NCBI GenBank assembly: GCA_001179505.1
Contig: CDMY01000497.1
Location: 955-64,954, forward strand
Direction of reading: 5' to 3'
Length of the DNA stretch: 64,000 bases
Origin: Vitrella brassicaformis CCMP3155
Lineage: Eukaryota; Protista; Chromerida
The notes beneath the pieces are model-generated. The model was not told the origin of the DNA, made no database searches, and worked only from the letters and a program-made list of their open reading frames with translations. Positions 24,513 to 38,678 of the stretch are shown here, piece by piece. The position numbers and the translations under genes were made by a program. How positions within the stretch are numbered: the first letter of the stretch is position 1; each line of letters starts with the position of its first letter.

Positions 24513-25329
24513 TCATTCCTCCTCCTCCTCCGATGAGGGCGGTGGTGCTTCCCAACCCGCCAGATGTGGTTCTTCTGGCTGTGGCTGTGGTTGTGGTGGT
24601 GGTGGTTGGACCATGTTGGCGGCGGCCTCTGCATTCTTCTTAGCCTTGGCCTTAGACCTGCACACACACCACAGCAGAAGGCACCGATTTGTGTGCGTCG
24701 TCTCCTCAGCCCATGAATCTCCCTGTGTGTGGTGTGAGGTGCGACCAGTGTGTGCCCTTACTTCTTGGGCAGCAGGACGGAGTGGATCTTGGGCAGTACG
24801 CCGCCCTGAGAGATGGTCACGTCCTTCGTGTACTTGGCGAGCTCCTCGTCGTTCTTGATGGCCAACATCAGGTGGCGGGGCGTGATGCGAATCTGTCGCA
24901 CACCACACACAAACCACACCTCACACCCCTCCCTCCCTCCCTCCCTGACCTTCTTGTGGGCCTTGGCAGCATTGCTGGCCAGCTCCAGCACCTCAGCATA
25001 CAGATACTCGAGCACAGCCGCCAGGTAGACGGGCGCCGTGCTGCCGACGCGCTTGGCATAGCGGCCCTTCTTGAGGTAGCGGGCGATGCGCGCCACGGGG
25101 AACTGCAGACCAGCACGCACCGACTGACTCACCTGCAGAACCAACCACACCACACCGCACCACACCGCATAACGAACCAAGAAAGGGCGCCAACACACCA
25201 CACCACATATCACACAGATCCATGGTGCCCATCCATGCTCCATCTATGTATCCATCCATCCATCTGCGTGCTGACCTTCTTGGTCTTCTCGGCGGTCTTG
25301 CCGCGGCCGCCCTTGCCTTTGCCCGACAT
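24513..25329 (-). CDS. H2A: Histone H2A variant with extended Pro/Gln-rich, acidic C-terminal tail; 4 exons
   Basis: Exons 25329-25276, 25132-24950, 24892-24762 and 24657-24513 join in frame: [85 protein letters not shown] + [47 protein letters not shown]. Confidence 0.95.
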
Positions 25330-28300
25330 CACCGCACACACAGCACAGATGCCTTCGCGAGGTGCACACGTGCAGAGAGGAGTGGTGGACAAGATGCGCC
25401 GTCGGGTGGCTGTGGTCAGCTGCAGATGGCCTTGGAAAGTGGCCGCTAAGATCCTGTCCGCTCCGCGACGTAAATTGCGCTTGCGGCCAGGATATCCTCT
25501 GTCAGATCTGGGATCCTCCTATCAACAGGTTCAAAGCAGGTGCTGATGAATGATGTTTGCTGACGGACTTGCCTCAAGAAGGAGGAGAGAGAAAGCCGAG
25601 AGCAGCAGCACATACGTTAGCGTGAAAACAGCTGCTGCCGAGAACAGCTGAGCTGGCCATGCCATCGCATTTGCCCCTCCCTCCCTCCCTCCCTCCCTCC
25701 ATCCATCCATCCCTCCCTCCATCCATCCATCCCTCCATCCATCCCTCCATCCATCCCTCCCTCCCTCCATCCATCCCTCCATCCAGAGGACAGATCTCGA
25801 GAGATCTCCTTGTCTGTGTGTGTGTGATTGAATGGCTAAGGGTAGGGGCTTTGCTCATTTATGGCCATCGACATCCCATCATACATCTCACTCAAGGTGA
25901 GGATGACGCCGCGGTCAAGGTGAGCACAGACAAACGAGGCAGTGCAGGCAGGCAGGCAGGCAGGCAGAGAAGGAACAGAAGGGATCGAAGAGAATGGAGG
26001 GACCACGGCACACATCCACAACCGCGTGGATGTGTGTGGTGGTGTGTGTACCTGTGTGGATAGTGAGAGCTTTGTTGTCGTCGCCTCACCTCTTGATGAC
26101 CGCCCTTCGGCCGATCAAACAGCCCACACAGCAGCAGCAGCCATGGATGGCTGTCGACTCGCCGTCGTGGTGTCGCCGTGTGTCGACACGGACGGGTTGG
26201 GTTCTCTCAAAGGTGAGCCTGACAATAACACGGGCAGATGTGCAAGCACCTCGACCGACACTGTGGCGTGTAGGTGGGTGGATGGATGAATGGATGAATG
26301 GATGGATGGTCTGTCTGTCTGTCTGTCTGTCAGCACCGTGTCATCGTGTCCTTCTCGCCCATTTGGATTCTCTGTCTTTGTCTTGCTTTGACGTACTTCA
26401 GAAGTCCTCATGTGAGGAGCAAGGCGTGGCTGGTTGAGCGTCAGAGTGACCAAAGGCGGCGGGCATGAGTACACCAGCGTTGGCTGCGACGCTGACACAC
26501 AGATAGCCATACGGGCAGTATACTCCCTGTATGTGTGCCAACATTTGTGCATATGTGTGTGTAAGTGTGGATCGTGATGGTTCCAATCGATTGGATTCAG
26601 TCAATACACTCAGCGTCTCAAGCACGGCACGTTCCATCCATCCATCCACACGACACACAAACACAGAAAGAGAGACGGAGAGAGTGAGACACTCACTGTG
26701 CACACCTTCCCGCCTCACCCCACCCGACCTCATACTGAAGAGCCAGCAGCATGGCGCGGTGCAGCGAGTAGAGGCAGACCCCCGCCCACACCGTGAGGGT
26801 GCGCTGCAGCAGCACGCACACATAAGACACGGAATCTTATGTCTGTCTTATGTGTGCGTGCGTGTGTGTGTAAGTGAGAAGGCAAATGGACTGTGTGGAC
26901 AATACAAACGAGTGTTCTCCAGTTCGATGTATGAAGGGCATTGGTTTGTGAGAGAAGAACATGGCAGGAAGCTGTGATTCAAATTGTGTGTTCACAGACA
27001 TGCAACTCAAACTTCTAAGTTTCTCCCCCTTTTTTCGGCGGCTTCTGAAATGTGTTCTTTGTTCGAATTCTCTAGAGTTTCTCCTGAATCCTTTATTCAT
27101 TTTTCTGCGTTGCCGAAAATTGTTTTTTTACGATCACGAGTATCCCCCAACCAGCGATACTGGCCGGGCTAGTCGCGGTCTGTCTGATTCGGATGCGATG
27201 TGCCACCCCAGTAGTCCAATCATGGTTCCCCAGGCCAAGCACGTGCACGCAGTCCGTGCAGCCCGTCGATCTCGCCCGTGTGTTGCAGCCACAGTGAGTG
27301 AACGCCTTAAAGCCATCGTGAGCCAGCATTCTATGCGGATAGAGAAACACCATCCGGACACCAAACCAGACACCCACACTCACCCACCCATCCAGAAATT
27401 GACCTGATCCCTGCTATCATCCCCCATCCATGCATCCATCGCATCCATCGATTCAAGGCATACACACGTGCATTCACACATTCATACGTTCGTTACCTGT
27501 GGGATCGAAGACCCATGGCATGGCATGGCATGCGCTCATTCATGCCATGCTTGTGTGCGTGACACACCAGACAGACAGGCATCACTTCATGGTATTGGGA
27601 TGACAACCATCACAGACTTCGCTGAGAGAGACACACAGCAATGGCCACACCGGACGGATTCCCACACTCAGTGGGCAAAAATAGATAGACAGACAGACAC
27701 AGCCACTGACTCACCGACTGACTCTTGTGGTACTCCCCCACTATAACGGTATGACTGACTAACTTCCTCGCTCACGCGCGGCCTCCGGCGCACTGAGCAG
27801 AAGTCTCTCTCTCTCTCTCCATCTTTCCCCGGACACAGTTGCATCTCATGAGCATGCGACATTCAGTATATTGACGGACAGCGGGACAAATAAACGACAC
27901 AGCACGCATCCAACCAATCAACCACAGGCCAAGTAGGGAATACGACGACCCCATCACACATACATACATCCGGGAAATGAAGTCATCAGTCAAGCCAAGC
28001 CCACAAACCATCCATCCATCCTTGTGGGCAGCACACCCAACCCACCCCACCAGAGGAACGGACGCAGTGGAGGGCACTCATCTGCAGCAAACATACACGC
28101 ATACATCCAGACACACATGCACACACAATATGAGCACAGGGACACATACACATGTATCTGTCTGTCTGCCTGGCCTGATCTGGTCTGATCTGGTCTGGAC
28201 TGGCCGTCGGCCGCTTACTACACCCATCGTTATACGGTATTGATCAAGAGAGACATGTTGGCCCGCCTGAGGCTGCCGACAATCACGTACGCACATACAT

Positions 28301-28621
28301 GGAACATACACACGTACGAAAGAGGAGAGGGAAAGGCCACAGAACCGCCTCCCACGTGCGAATGTGGCGAGCCAGCAGTGAGTAGGTGGCGCATGATGCA
28401 GTAGTTAGTGCAGAACGCCATGCATATGAATACGAACGATGTGTGCACACATGCGCAGCGCACATAGACACATCGATGGACCTGACTTGCCACCCATCTA
28501 TGTGGAATCTGGGTGTTCATTCCGTCTCTCGTGCATGTCCCTCTCTGTGTCAGTGTGCGTCACCTACCCTCCCAGCCATGAGTCCGACACCGCGCCGACG
28601 GAGGTCTCCCCAACACCGGCA

Positions 28622-30866
28622 TCAACATCCATGCCCCGCTCTGAAACAACGTCCGCCGCCCAAAAGGGCACCAGAAGGACCAAAGGATTGACCACATTCA
28701 GTTTCGCCAAGTGCCCCGCACCCCATCGGCTGACCTCTTTCCATATCATAGCTCGGCGGCTTCTCCATGTACTTGGGCGGGGGGTCCTCCGGAACATCAT
28801 CCCGGCTAAAGCCGAAGAACAATCTGGCGTTCCGGTCGCCATCCGACTGGTACGGCAGACAGGCGAGCCTAAGCGGGGGCCGCTGGAGGTACCCCTCCCT
28901 CTCAGGCGGGAGCACCGGCAGGCCAAGCAGGAAAGACCCCGCTCTGCAGCCTGTCGTGCTCGCCGCCGAGGGAGCCCGTCCCTGTCCCCGCCCCAGCCCC
29001 GAACTGGCCGAGAAGACACTCGTCCGTGCACTGCTGCTGCTTTGGCTGGGGAGGGATGGCATCCGTTGCCGATGCTCGGGCTCCCTCTCGTAGTAGGGCC
29101 GCACACCCCTCTGTCGCTGCTGTGAGGCGAGGTAATCGGCCGGGCCAAACTGGTGCACAGGCGTGCCAGAGAAGGGCTCTGACGGCCGAGGCGGGAGGGG
29201 CCACGGACGCGGCGGGGGCTGCGGGGGCTGGGGGTCGGGTAGCGAAGGGGGCAGGCGGGACGAGAAGGGGATATCGAGAGCCAATCCTGGCTTCTCACGC
29301 GCCGAGACCCCACCTGGCTCGTACAGGTCCATGGGCATGCCTCCTTGGCCCCGCGGAAGAGAGCCAAAGAAGCCCGCCGGACGGGGCTGCTCTTGCTGAT
29401 AGGGATAGGGGACGTGTAGCCCATATGGGCTCTCTGACGGCGGGGGGCTCGGCTGCGGCCTGCTGCACAAGCTGGAGCTTGAGGATTGCGAGCGTGGGTA
29501 GCTGGCCTGCCGCATTCTATCGCCCTTGCTTGTCGCCAGACGGACCTCTATCGGACGACGGCCGTTTGGCATGATCAGCTTTTTGTCCAGCTGCACAATG
29601 GCTGACGCTGCCTCCTCCCTGTCTGGCATTGTCACGAACGCAGCACCTGATGATAAACACACAACAACAGAGGGCGAGTGTTTGTGGTCCGCGTATATTG
29701 CTTGCTTGGGCCCTTTTACATTTGCTTTCGCCTTGGGAGTCCCTCCTGCATGCGTACGAGGACAACCAGCGATGATTCTCCGGAAGGTATCCGTCAGTGT
29801 CTCAGCGAGGGCGAGCTTACATGATCCAGACTTCATCAACGGCGCCAAACTGCTCGAAGACGGCGCCCAGCTGTCGGTCCGTGACACTCTTGGGCAGTGA
29901 CCCGACGAAGATCTTAGCTGCCTCACCGCCAGGCTGCATCTGAGGCGGGATGCCCAAACGCTCCATCTGACACGCGCACACCACACACCGACAAACAGAC
30001 AGACACACACGTTGTTGAGGGTGGGGCGGATGTGGTGTGCACCACCTACCTCTCCTTCGGCGAATCTGACTTGGATGGCCCCAGCACTCTGGTTCAAGAC
30101 GCATTTGCCGTGCAGCTGCTCCATGGCAGCAAGGGCATGCTGCACCGTCTGGAACCGCACGAACGCACATGCTGAATGCATCGCAACAGGACACCGGATC
30201 GATTTGTGTCCATCCACTTGTCTGCCTGTCTGCTCCTTGCGCGTACTTCTTGAGTTTGGCCCTCTGGTAGTTGGTCTGTTGGGTGAGTTGGTTAAGATGT
30301 GCACGTCCAGAACGACGCCGCTGAAGGCAGACAGACAGACCACACAGACAGACATTATCTAGCCATCCTTAGCAAAGTACTGTGCAGTATGAAGGTGCAC
30401 TCTCCTACCACCGGTTGAAGACATCGAACAGCTGCCGTTCAGATATGCCTGCCATGGGAGTGGAGCAACGCACAACACAGACGCCCACACACACACACTC
30501 ACATCCACACAATCTCTACTAGCGGCGGCATCTTTCGCAGCAGATGCGCATCCGTCTATCTTTGTACCTACCGACGGGCAGCCTGTTGACGAACGTCTTG
30601 ACGGGTGACGACGTCAGCACATTATCCGGGAGGGGGCGGGGGGCAGGAGGGGCTGAGTGGCCGTGGGGTGGTGTCGCTGCCAAAGCTGGTGCTGGTGCTG
30701 GTGCTTGAGAGAATGATGGAGTGGGGTGACTGTACTGCGGTGGCGGCGGCCGGGGACGTGGGTGGTGTGGCAGAGCTGGCGAAGGGGCGGGCAGCCGTGG
30801 CGGCTGTTGGAATGACGGCGGGGAGTCATGGGATGACGCGTAGGGCGGAGGAGGCTCTCGATGCAT
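28622..30866 (-). CDS. CELF/Bruno-like RNA-binding protein, two RRMs plus long Pro/Ser-rich tail; multi-exon
   Basis: RRM1: KTFVNRLP..GISERQLFDVF..CAFVRF..QLHGKCVL..AIQVRFAEGE. RRM2: KIFVGSLPKSVTDRQLGAVFEQFGAVDEVWIM..GAAFVTM..AIVQLDKKLIMPNGRRPIEVRLA. This RRM pair is typical of CELF/FCA-like proteins. Confidence 0.75.
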
Positions 30867-31268
30867 CTCAACCCACCTGCACAGATAGACAGATAGACAC
30901 AGCCACATCATTATCATGGGTCAGTCAGATGAGTGCTTGTGCTGATCTCTTGCGCTGTACCGCTACTTCTCTCCATCGAGATCTATGCCTCTCCCTTCTC
31001 AAGACGGCTCGAAAAACTGCACGCTCACCTCACAGCTCGCACGTGGCGCAACCAACACGCCGTGCACATCGCCTTTGCTGCAGCCCCTGGGTGTGTTGCA
31101 GATCTGAGCCTGCACCTGACGGAGCGTTGAGAAGTGGCTACTGGCTCATCTGGTGTGTGAGTGGCTCACCGCGAGGAGTGAGTTGGTTTAGCACATCGTC
31201 ATGGATTCGACGCAGGTCGGTGAATGACGAGCAGTGCATTTCAAACAAAACGGACCTGCACAGAACTC

Positions 31269-34081
31269 ATGGATCCCTCCGATGTGTATGTGTCTTTGGT
31301 GCAGCTTGTCGCGAATGCCCAGTCTTTGAAGGCGGGCTGTCTTAAGCTGCGGGACGAGGTAGATCAGGTAGGTACGATGACCTTACACAGATCAATCACA
31401 CGAAGGCCTTCATCAGTGAAGCAAGCGCCGCGCGCTGTGTGTTTCCCGTCCGTCCGTCCGTCTGGCTTTTGCAGATCATCGCACAGGTGTCTCACGTCGA
31501 GCAGCACCAGGACTACATCGCCACACAGGTAACTAACCGACACACACGTGGCCTGGCCACGACCTTGGAATCGCTCTTGTCGGCTGTCTTTTGTGTGGCA
31601 TCACGTAGGCGGCTTCCCCGTCGGCATCGCTGTTGAGTGATCAGCTGGGCTCGATGGCATCTGTGGTGCGGGAGGCCACTGCCCAGCTGCAGCAGGGGCA
31701 TCCTAGCCTCGCCACGGCAGTGGCGGCACTCACACCGACCAGTGAGGCGGCGGCGGCGAGTGAGGACACCAACGCACAGCAGGTGAGGGGCAGACCAAAA
31801 GACACTCACCATCAACGACGCTGACATTTTGTATGTGTGCTGTACGTACGTCACTGTGGCACTGCAGGTGTCCGTAGCCACCGGACCATCATACCGTCAG
31901 ATCCACTGGAGCGGCCAGACTCCACCCATCGATGAGAAACCGGTAGGAGTCACAAACGATGAGTCTCACATATCAAACCATCACCTGTGCGTCTTCTCGC
32001 TGTCTGCCTGTCACTCTATAGGCCCGTCCTCTGTCCCGCGAGGAGTTGGCCAACGTCTTCGGCCACCTGCAGCCATGGGAGCTGGCCCGCCTCCGACGGC
32101 ACCTTGGCAAGGCCCTCTTCCACCTGTCGGCCGCCAGGTACACCCACCTGACCATCAGCTGTGAGGACGCTGAGGAGCGACGGCTGTGGGCGGCCATGCC
32201 ACTGGCCACCGCACACAAGTGGGGCCGGCGGATGACGCATTTGAAGCGTCTGAGGGTCCGCGCTCCATTCGACCGGCCTGGCTGGTGTCTGGGTAAGTAT
32301 GCGCACCCACCAGTGCAGCATAAGTGCAGGTCTCACTCACCTTTCTGTGCTATCGTGGATGCGTTCTGTCAGGACATGTGGTCTCCATAACTGAAGGCCA
32401 TGCCGACGGGCGGGCGGCGCTGGCGGCGAAGCAGCAGCAGCAGCATCAGTCGGCGGAGAGGGAGGCGAGCGGCGGCGTGGCCATCTCGACACAGACCGGT
32501 GACGACGGCACGCTAGAGGAGCTGTCATTCGAGAGCGTGCTGATCCCGACCCCTCCCCCCACCCCTGCCCCCCTCCCGGCCCCCTCGCCCATCAAGACCA
32601 TCACTCTCCCCGTTCTCACGACCGTCACTGCCGTCCCGCAGGATGTCGCCCGCATCCGCACGGACCGCTCGTGGCTGACGCCCAATGTCGCCACCCTCAC
32701 CTTTGAGCGGCAGGTGGACACAGAGGCAGCCAAGGAGTGGGTCAAGGGCTGCAAGGGGCTTAAGGCGATGGGGGTTCTGTCGGTGGGGGCGACTGAGGAG
32801 GTGCTGCGCGGCCTGCCCGAGGACGGCAAGTCCCTCTCGCGGCTGCGGTCCCTCGGAGGCATCGAGCTGTGGTCGGCCGACGCTGACGCCATCGGCCGGC
32901 TGCGCGAGACACTGGTGGCGCGAGGGGCCAAGGGCACGCTCGACTTCAGCTCACTGGACATCATTCCGCCGCGACAGCCGAGTGTGGACGATTATCGCCG
33001 GATGAACGACGAGTATCGCCGGATGACCGGAGACCGCGATAGGATCGAGGAACTGGCAAAGCTCACGTAAGCACGGCAACGGGGGGATCAGAGAGGACAG
33101 TAAGACTGGCGGATGTGTCTGTCTGGTGCTGTGTGTGGCATTCATTCAGGGCCGACGTGGTGGATGCTGATGCCCTGGAGCAGCCCATTCGCCGCTGCCG
33201 TGGCGGCATCGGTCGCATCGCTGCCGGGCTGGTGACCTGGGCACACATGCACCGCTGCCCCTGGGTGCGCTACATCGTCAACTACCTGGCCAGCGTGGCG
33301 TCGAGAGTGGTGGTATCGGGGGATGAGGGGACGGCAGCGACCATCACCAGCGACACATTCCCGACGACCTTCGCCATCGAGGTCGCAGCGGGCGCCCTCA
33401 CGACGGCAGAGAAGCGCGCGGCAGCCGCCAGCATCGCCTCCGTCATGCCGAAATTGGGATGGGCGGTGGTGGGCAGTGATTCATCGCCGTTGACATCCGC
33501 TGTCGGTGTGGTGGACTTCCTGACCACCCTTAAGTCGACCATGAACATCACCGAGGGTGCACCAGGGGAGATATCGCTCCAGCTGCACGTGTCGTCGGCA
33601 GCGGTGTCGAGTGCTGCGGAGCTCAGTGGGTGGCAGCTGGGGCGGCGTGCGGCCGATATGCCATCCACGAGGAACGTTCAATTCACTGTTCACGGTAGGC
33701 CTCAGTCAGTCGTGTGACTCGATAGGTGTATGTATGTATATATGGCGGGATCTGTGTGTGTGTCACGTTCAGGTGACGTGGATGACGGCGAGTGTGGCGC
33801 GCTCCTCTGCAATGCCATCGCCATCCTCACGTCGTGCACACGACTCAAGGTACGTCAGCCGAGCAGCAGATCCGAGGGACGCTCTCATGTGCCACTCTGT
33901 CCGTTTGGTTCGTTCGTTGCAGGACGTCGATGATGTGACCATGTGTTTCCAGAGCGTCAGTCTCGCCAGCAAGATGAGCCAGTGGTGGGAGCGTTTCCGA
34001 CCCGAAGCGCCTGAGGGGTTCGACACGGAGTTTAGTTGGCCGTCTCTGACTTTCCGCCGCCGCAGCCCATCAACAAAGTGA
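31269..34081 (+). CDS. Lineage-specific F-box-like hypothetical protein, family B copy 1 (N-terminal coiled coil), multi-exon
   Basis: Coding exons: MDPSDVY..., LANVFGHLQPWELARLRRHLG (F-box-like), GHVVSITEGHADG...LAKLT, ADVVDADALEQPIRRC..., DDVTMCFQS.... High similarity to 43371-45560. Confidence 0.6.
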
Positions 34082-34242
34082 ACACAGGTACGCACCGAAG
34101 AGCACTGACAGACAGACAGACAGACACATGGCCGGCCCCAACAGCATGTCTGCTGTGCTGTGCTGTGGTGTGTCCCTGTTGCTATATCGATGTCAGCGAT
34201 GAGCGGCCGGCCTGCGGTTGGTAGTGTAGATGCCCGTTGATT

Positions 34243-34314
34243 GGCTCTCTCTCTCTCTCGCTCGCTCTCTCTCCCTCCCCCTCTCTCTCTCTCTCCCCCC
34301 CCTCTCTCTCCCCC

Positions 34315-34350
<36 letters not shown>
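34243..34350 (+). repeat. Polypyrimidine (CT)n/(C)n microsatellite tract, representative of many intronic/intergenic SSRs (e.g. (CCCT/CCAT)n 25675-25785, (GTGTT)n 8510-8565)
   Basis: Directly visible simple repeats. Confidence 0.9.
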
Positions 34351-34351
<1 letters not shown>

Positions 34352-36940
34352 TGCTGCATATATGTACGTGTGTACGTTTGGTTTGGTGGGCAGTGACTGG
34401 CTGGCGGGCACTCACATGAGTGAGATACTCACACCATCCACCACCCACGCATCTCATGAGAGGAGGGAGGGAGGGACGGAGGGAGGGAGGGAGGGGTCTG
34501 TGTGCTGACTGACACATTGACTGACTCGGTGGGTAGCTCACACAGGGGGGGCGGGCGGGGCTGTATATAACCACTGCGTATCTTATGTTGCCATTCGGTG
34601 CGTGCACGTATACCGTATGTATTTGTCGCCCAGGCTGAGCTGCCTGTGCATCGGGCGGCCGCCAGGGGTCGGTGCGTGGGTTCATATGCATCTGTCGATA
34701 GCAGTGAGGGCGGCTGGGCGGGGGAAACGTGTTCCTGGCTGTTTGCCATTTATTTGACTCGACGGACGGACGGGTTGATGGAATGCGAGCAGACAGACAG
34801 ACCATTGCAATTTTGAGCTGGCATGCAAGCGGCCTGCAGTCACCGTACTCACGAGCTCGCCTCTTTTCGTCTCATCTTTTTTGTCTCTCTCTCTCATTTT
34901 TGTGCGTGTAAGTGGTCGTCATGTCGAGCGGCCGGACACCCATCTGTCTGTCGGCATGATGAACCATCCGGTGCGTTTTAAGTCGTGCAGAGGGAGGCTG
35001 GGTGGCGACGGATAAATGACATGCATTGACTCTGCGTAGCTGCCACATTGCATTGTATGTATGCGCGTGTTGGCCTGTTCCTGTCGGCCAAGCACACGGA
35101 TGGCCGGCAGTGAGCACACAGCACTGCTCCGCACCACGTGTCTGTACGGGCAGGTCTGTGGTGTCTGTCTGTCTGTCTGTCTGTGTGTCCACGGCTTTTC
35201 GCTATCGGCCACGAATGGGGCCGTCCGTCCGTCTCACGACAGACCAACAAGCTTGGTTGGATGCACTGCACCAGCGGCAGGCCGTTTGTGTGCATTCAGG
35301 TATGTAATCTACGCACGAGTTTTGGGCAAGAAGGGATAAAGGAGGCCTGTCGGTCGGTCATTCTTGAGTGTGGGGAAAAAGAACAGGGGTCTCTCGCTTT
35401 GCCCTCGTTTGTCCCTTCACAGCTTGTCTGCTTGTCTGTCTGGCTGCCTGCGGTTTCCCCACCAGCCGTGTCGTGTGTTGGTCGATGCTGGCTGATGGGT
35501 CATGAGGTCGATGGATGAATGGATGGATGGATGCGTTTCGACATCACGCATACGTACATCTAGAGACGATGATCTGCGCGTGTCGTTGCATCTGCCTCCC
35601 TGCCTATATGTGCGTGTTTCCTGCTCGTACTCTGACACGACGGCTGAGTGTGAGGACACGGATGCATTGAAACAGGCGCATCAACGACAGATGTCAACAC
35701 CCCGTCTGTCCATCCGTCGCGAACGTACACAGACAGCCATCAGCAGCCACCCGTCCATCCATATGCACCCGTGCGTACATCAATCACAGCTTCGAGAAGG
35801 CCGTCGGCTGTGTCTTGCCCCTCCCACCCATGTGTGCAGCAGCGGCGGCTGCAATGTCGACGTCCTCACTCTGCAGCGCTGCCATGTTCCAAATCCGCCG
35901 CATCACCAGACCCTCCTGCAGGCACACGCACACACAGGTACAAAGACATAGACAGACACACAAACACACAATCACACCCGTACAGTACCTCAACAGCGCC
36001 TGGCTGTCCCAATGGTTCGGTGTCCTGTAAGCAGTGAGTGGTGTTCGTTCTTGCTAGAGAGACAGGCCGTCTCGTGTTTGTTCGTCTCCGTATGTGTGTG
36101 TGTGTGTATGTGTGTATGTAATTATCGGACTTTGAATGAATGAGGCTTTTGGCCGTTTGCTTCCTTCACTGAATTGATTGACCCTTAACAACTGCATGCC
36201 ACCCGCACTTCATGTGGTCCCACTCACCGTAAGAAGCGCGTTAGCTGCTGCTGACTCAGAGCAGATGTCTTAGTCAGTCCACATGTACGTACGTGCAGCC
36301 ACGCGACGGCCAAACCATCGACTAACACATGCACCGATGCAGCTGCCTCTCACATTCAATACAGCCTCTCCCTTTAGGACACGAGCGGTGATCTCTGCAG
36401 CCGAAACCTGAAAGAAAGCGCACACAGGACAAGAGAGGAGAGGTGACTTAATTTTGCAATGGCCGCTGCAGTCACAGTGCAGTGCAGTGTTGCGAAGCTG
36501 ACCCACGGAACAAGCACAGATCTCTTCGGCAAAAAGACCGCTGGATGTGCCAGTGGGGCTGGCGGCTCCTCTCTGACTCCTCTCTGACGGCTCCTCTCTG
36601 ACGACTCCGGCCGATGGCGCACTCTTACACACTCTGCGGATAAGGGAAGCGCCGCACCACAGCCACAGATGCGTGTGCACGCGTGTGCGGGCGGCTCACG
36701 AGGCAGACAGACACTCCCACCGTACCGTACCAATACCTCCTCAGAGTGGTCTCGTGAGTAGCTGTGCTGTGGTGGGCTAAGCTTGGACGCTATCGACCAC
36801 AGCTGCCAACCAACTTGAGCGCGCCATCTCAAGCAGCGGACGGCCACACACACTGTCTTTTCTTGCGGGTCGTCACCCAGAGAGGTCTGTATGCAATTAA
36901 CGTCCGTCGGCCTTGGCGCTGACTGACCAGCCCATTTCAC

Positions 36941-38500
36941 TCACTCATGCACCGGACCTCGTTCCCTGCCTGCCTGCCTGCCTCGCCGGAACCTGACGAC
37001 AAACAGGCAGGCGGACAGACAGACAGACAGACAGACAGACATGCACACACAATAAATCAGACTGACGTGCAAATCCATCCATCCTTTCTTGCTGCAGCCT
37101 ATCTTCTCGCCCATCCCTCCCCTCCAGTGCGTGACCTGACCTGCTCTCCTTGCCGCACACACACGGGCATCTACACATCTGTTCACTCTGCTGATAACAA
37201 GGAAGGGAAGCCACGGACGCTGTGCTGCTCACTGACTGACTGATGGGAACTCCACCTTACCGAAAGGGAAAGAGCCTTACAGCCTTGAAAGCCGTGCAAA
37301 TCAACAAAGCGCCAGATCACCGCTCCCCGTTTCAGATCGCCACACCCACGCCAATTCCTGAACTCCCCGTTGAACACAAACAACACAAAAGGTCTCGAAA
37401 TCCTTTCCATTCGTTTGCGAGCTAAGCTTGCACACGCAAAGATCTCGCTCCCCTCCACAATCGCCGGACACATTCAGACACCGAGGACGCCGTGAGATGT
37501 GATGTGATGCTGTGGATTGCTGGCTCACCTTGTCACCTGACCACCTGACGGTGCCCATTGTATATATGCTCCGCTCATCCCTCCCTCTCAGACGTCTGGT
37601 GACCCACACGGCGCGGCGTCCCGTTGGCCTCTCAGACACCGCCCGCTCATTACGTACTGCAGAACCGCCCTTGCCGGTCTCTCCTTCCGAGTCAACTGAC
37701 TGAAGACGTCGATGGACAGCGGCCGTATGAGAGGGTCCCCGAGGTCTTGCTCTTCTGATGCAGTGGCGGGCAGCTGCGGTGGCCGCCAAGGCACTTCGCC
37801 GATGGCATCCCATGGACAGCAGCCGCACAGCCGCATAATGCTCTCTCATGCGGTGTCTGGCCCGCTAACCGAAATCTCTCAGTTGCCCACGTCGTTGATC
37901 AGGGCTTGTTGGTCATCTGCTGCTTGTCGTCTCCAGTGGACTCACGGCGCGCGTGGCCTCCCCTCCGCTGCACACACAGCGTCGCGAGATCAGGTGCGCC
38001 GTGTGTCTGTCGGTGCGGTTGTGCTTGACCAAATGCGCCTTCTTGCCAACGTTGTCGGTGTGCAGTGCTGATCAGATTGACGTCCCTGCCAGGGAGATAA
38101 CAAAGAATATTTGCGCGCTTCACTGGCTGAAGATCCGTCCCCCTTTCGTGAGCGTCTTAGCGTCGGCGCAGTGACAGAGGTGCGGTGCTCTGCCACATCG
38201 CCCACGTAGAGCGAGGTGAGTGGGGCACTCCCTCATAAAGAGCTGCCAGATCTGCCGAGGAAGGAAAGCAGACAGGCAGAGAGCCTCCATCCGCCCACAG
38301 CATCGCACCGCATCATCCCTCCCCTCCCCTCCCTCTCTGTCTGACAGTTCCGACTCCATCGGCGCACGAGATCTCGTGTCGATCTCCGCTCCGTCAGGGC
38401 TCCAAATGTTGCCGCCCAAGGTACACACCGAGGGCAAGAGGGCAACAAGTGATTGCCCACATGTCTCAACATCCACACACGTGCAGTGCTTCCATCTCTC
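36941..38500 (-). repeat. ~1.5 kb duplicated block with coding-like relic sequence, copy 1 (copy 2 ~48150-49700)
   Basis: The 82-aa ORF MRLCGCCPWDAIGEVP... is nearly identical at 37588-37836 and 48848-49096, and the flanks align with indels. Confidence 0.7.
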
Positions 38501-38678
38501 TGTGCCTCCCTGTCTGTGTGCCGTCAGGTTTGTGCGTTGCCGCTCGTTGCCCATCAGGTAAGCAAGGCAACAAGGATGAAGGCACGAACCCCACTAGCAC
38601 GAGCCAAGCAAGCTGCTCTGTGACGCCTGTGGGTGTGGGACGCACGCAGGAGGCACCAGTGGTAGCAGCTAGAACACC

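Noticed and set aside
25900-27380. Possible small minus-strand membrane-protein gene (LLQRTLTVWAGVCLYSLHRAMLLALQYE at ~26740-26825)
   Set aside because: Could not assemble a consistent exon chain or identify a family.
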